This document shows, in pieces, positions 61,269-64,000 of a stretch of DNA of 64,000 bases. Each line of letters opens with the position of its first letter. Within the stretch, counting starts at the first letter, position 1. Origin of the DNA: Saccostrea cucullata (Eukaryota). The translations under genes and the position numbers were made by a program. The notes below the pieces were generated by a model. It did no database searches, was not told where the DNA came from, and was given only the letters and a program-made list of their open reading frames with translations. The stretch spans positions 310,001 through 374,000 of the forward strand of contig NW_026931372.1 in the NCBI RefSeq assembly GCF_032062105.1, read 5' to 3'.

Positions 61269-61618
61269 GGCCATAATAAAAATATAACACGATTTTTTTT
61301 AGTCTTAATGTCCGGTAATACCATTCTACTTTCGTTTTAAACAGTTTGATTTTGACAGCTGAAAAGACGGTAATTGCTGTAATACATGCCTATATATTTT
61401 AAACAGGGGTCATTGGTTGATCGGTGAAGATGTGAAGTAAGAGATAATTGACTCTTTACTATGACTTTTATTCGGGCATTGTAGATAAAATTACACCGAT
61501 TGACCAGGTCAATAAAAAATCTACAAAATTGAATAAAAAATATAAAATAAAAGCCGCCCGCCCGCCTCCATTTTTAAAAAAATTCGGATGAGAATCTAGC
61601 AATTTATTTATTATGGCC
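61269..61618. mobile_element. 350-bp MITE with GGCC termini and TAA TSD (Zator/Harbinger-like)
   Basis: TAA|GGCCATAATAAA...TTTATTATGGCC|TAA. Confidence 0.7.
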
Positions 61619-62218
61619 TAACACAGAATGTCCGTAATCAAGAACATTTATCCATGAAAAATTAAATATTGCTAAATAATGCTATCCATGGTACTCTATC
61701 CGCTACTGCCATCCATGTACCATAATTAATCTATGCTAAGAGACAGACTGAAATTCTTGAACGGATTTTTGAAACAAAAAAAAATTTACAAAACACAATA
61801 TGGAAATCTCTTATCATATCTACTTTTAAAATCAAACATTGAAAAAAAAAAAACAGGAAAACAAAAGTGAAAATTAATTTGTCATTTGTGTGCTTAATTT
61901 CAACAATAATTTTCTGTCATCAGCAATCAACTTTCACACAGCACTTTTTGATATTACCAACAAGCAGTCTAAACACTTGTATGTACACTTTCATTCCTTG
62001 TGTCTGAGGATCAAAAAACAGCCACCCCACAGGATCCAACAAATGTTTTTATGAAACTGTGCGAGGTCTGTTTATAAATTACGGAAAATTACGATTAACA
62101 ATCACCTGCTGATATAGGCTCCTCCCGACTTTGTCAGGGGGAGTTAAATATAGATAATCCAAGCACCACGAGGTCGCGAATAATATCACAGTAAAGGTTA
62201 TCAGTTTAGGGGTACACA

Positions 62219-63245
62219 TTATGAACACTCCGTGTGGGTCGTTACCATGTTTCCTACTCTTTGAGTCACAGTGCGACACGTCCGACCTCCTGTAAAATAA
62301 AATAAATCATATTAAGTCGTGATAACAAATACCGGTACACAACTGACACTAAAACAGTCCCTGAATATTTTATGGGACATTGGGTATCAGCTAGGCTAAG
62401 GTTGTGTTTAAAGTATAATAAGTTGCAAGACAATGGTTGAGTAAGAGACTCAGAGTGTGCAAGCATTAGTGCAACTTTAAGAAAAAGAAAAATAATATAT
62501 ATTTGCAGACATTCATTTTTTTTATTTTCCAAAAAAAAAAAAGAAGATAATTTGAAATAAATAAAAATGAAATAAATAAATAGAAAACAGTACCTTGGAT
62601 CTGTGATAAAACAAGAGAAACATTGCAAAAGATTTGAATTGAAAACTAGCATTAAAAAAAATCCACAATACGTTAAAGATCTATAATAAAAGAGAGATCA
62701 GAGAAGCAAGCAGAGGCTGTTACCTGTACTATGAAAACCAGAAGAGTGCATTCTCATGTTACCAAAGTTACCATGCATGTTGTTGTGCATGTGATGTAAG
62801 TTATGGTGTAGGTTTCTGTGGTGTGTGTGGTGAGCGCGGTGATTGTGGTTGTGGGAGCGGGAATAATGACCTTGACCTTGATGTCCGAACATGTCCTCTT
62901 CGTCGTCGTCAAAGGAGAACATGCTGTGATGACCGAATGGACTCCCACCAAAGGAGAAGAAATCACCATCGTCATCATCATCGTCCTCAAATAAATCATC
63001 AAAATTAAAAAATCTGGTGTTTTGCTGTCCACCATTTCCTCCAAAGTGAAATTTAAATCCTTCCTGATGACGATGGTGCCCATCCTGGTGAGCATTGAAC
63101 GCTTCGTCGAATCCACGGAAAAAGTCATTCATGTTGAACGTGAACGGTTGACCGCCCCCTCCTCCTCCTCCATTGAGGTTTTCTGCTTCGTCACCAAACT
63201 GATCATATTTCTTCCTCTTCTCAGGATCACTCAAGGTTTCATAGG
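62219..63245 (-). CDS. DNAJB9: DnaJ homolog subfamily B member 9 (ERdj4), last two coding exons; 5' exons lie beyond the right edge
   Basis: Exon 63245-62724 encodes the J-domain end (AYETLSDPEKRKKYDQFG), a G/F-rich region and acidic/His-rich tracts. It splices in phase 1 to exon 62289-62219, encoding GGRTCRTVTQRVGNMVTTHTECS*, the characteristic DNAJB9 C-terminus. Confidence 0.92.
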
Positions 63246-63634
63246 CTGTAAATTAAATTGAAATTTTGTTAGCATCAAAATATCAATTTATGTCACATTA
63301 TTGACAATTTTCAGTCTTGAAAATGTGGTTTAACTTAAAAAGAATTACCTGACTTTTGAATGTTGAATGAAATTCACATAATTTTAATTGTTTCAAAATT
63401 AATGATTTTTTTTACTTCCTCAATTTAGACAAATTTTGTTCATTATATAAAAAATGCCAATATCCTTGATTGTCAAAGGGCATTGAAGGATACTCACATT
63501 TCTAATGAATGGACGATACATTTCCTTAACTGAGGAAGTAGATAGATCATTTAAAACAATATTGAAAATATGAAATTTATCAATCAACATAATCAATTAA
63601 AACAATTTAATTATCCTTGCTCTACGGTATTTGA

Positions 63635-64000
63635 TAGTGATGGGGAATCGGAAAAAAATCAGAATCGATTATCGGTAATAATTGGCTGAGCATAATCGAT
63701 TAATAATCGATTATAATCGAAATTTTGAACTTGAATGAAATTAATATAGAAAGGTTGAAACTTATTCAGATTTCTGTCAGACTTTTACAAAAAAATCATT
63801 TACTTACATTAAATATTTTAAATGTTAATTGAAATTTCTTTTTTAAAAAGTGGAAAATAATAATTTGTTTACTTTAAACAATATAGGACTATTAAAAACA
63901 GAATGGAATTTTTTTTTAATATGCAATGGGTATTTTACTAATATTAGTCCCACCTTTCATTTAATAAATGTATAAAATTTATTTCTTAAAATTAGTTTTA
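63635..64000. mobile_element. One end of a hAT-like non-autonomous element in a DNAJB9 intron
   Basis: Starts TAGTGATGGG followed by clustered subterminal AATCGATT repeats (63663-63720). The other end is not in the window. Confidence 0.5.

Noticed and set aside
62266-62652. 128-aa minus-strand ORF
   Set aside because: Mostly intronic, T-rich sequence; its end overlaps the DNAJB9 last exon in a non-conserved frame.

Overview
This is an AT-rich, intron-containing animal genomic window. The repeat families and gene structures point to a bivalve, probably an oyster (inference). Most short ORFs in the track are spurious. Seven protein-coding genes can be reconstructed by hand from splice sites and phase continuity: (1) the 5' part of an alanine aminotransferase (minus, runs off the left edge); (2) a BTB-BACK-PHR protein (plus, 2 coding exons, 462 aa); (3) STRIP1/FAM40 (plus, 19 coding exons, 797 aa); (4) H+/myo-inositol transporter SLC2A13 copy A (minus, 9 exons, 580 aa); (5) a mu-class glutathione S-transferase (plus, 7 exons, 215 aa); (6) SLC2A13 copy B (plus, 9 exons, 587 aa); (7) the 3' part of DNAJB9/ERdj4 (minus). 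Introns and intergenic DNA are full of non-autonomous DNA transposons with readable TIRs and TSDs, Helentron-derived HINE elements carrying satellite-like arrays, and a decayed Penelope-like fragment. The most interesting observations are these. The two divergently oriented SLC2A13 paralogues appear functionally split: copy A has a Gln-to-Gly change in the sugar-binding QQLSGIN motif, an N-terminal ExxxLI sorting signal and a CLEAR-type E-box in its promoter. DNAJB9 has a candidate 7-nt frameshifting microexon that would give it an alternative hydrophobic C-terminus. A 30-bp mini-transposon has its empty site visible in the same window. An unannotated, phase-consistent exon chain lies between the GST and SLC2A13 copy B.
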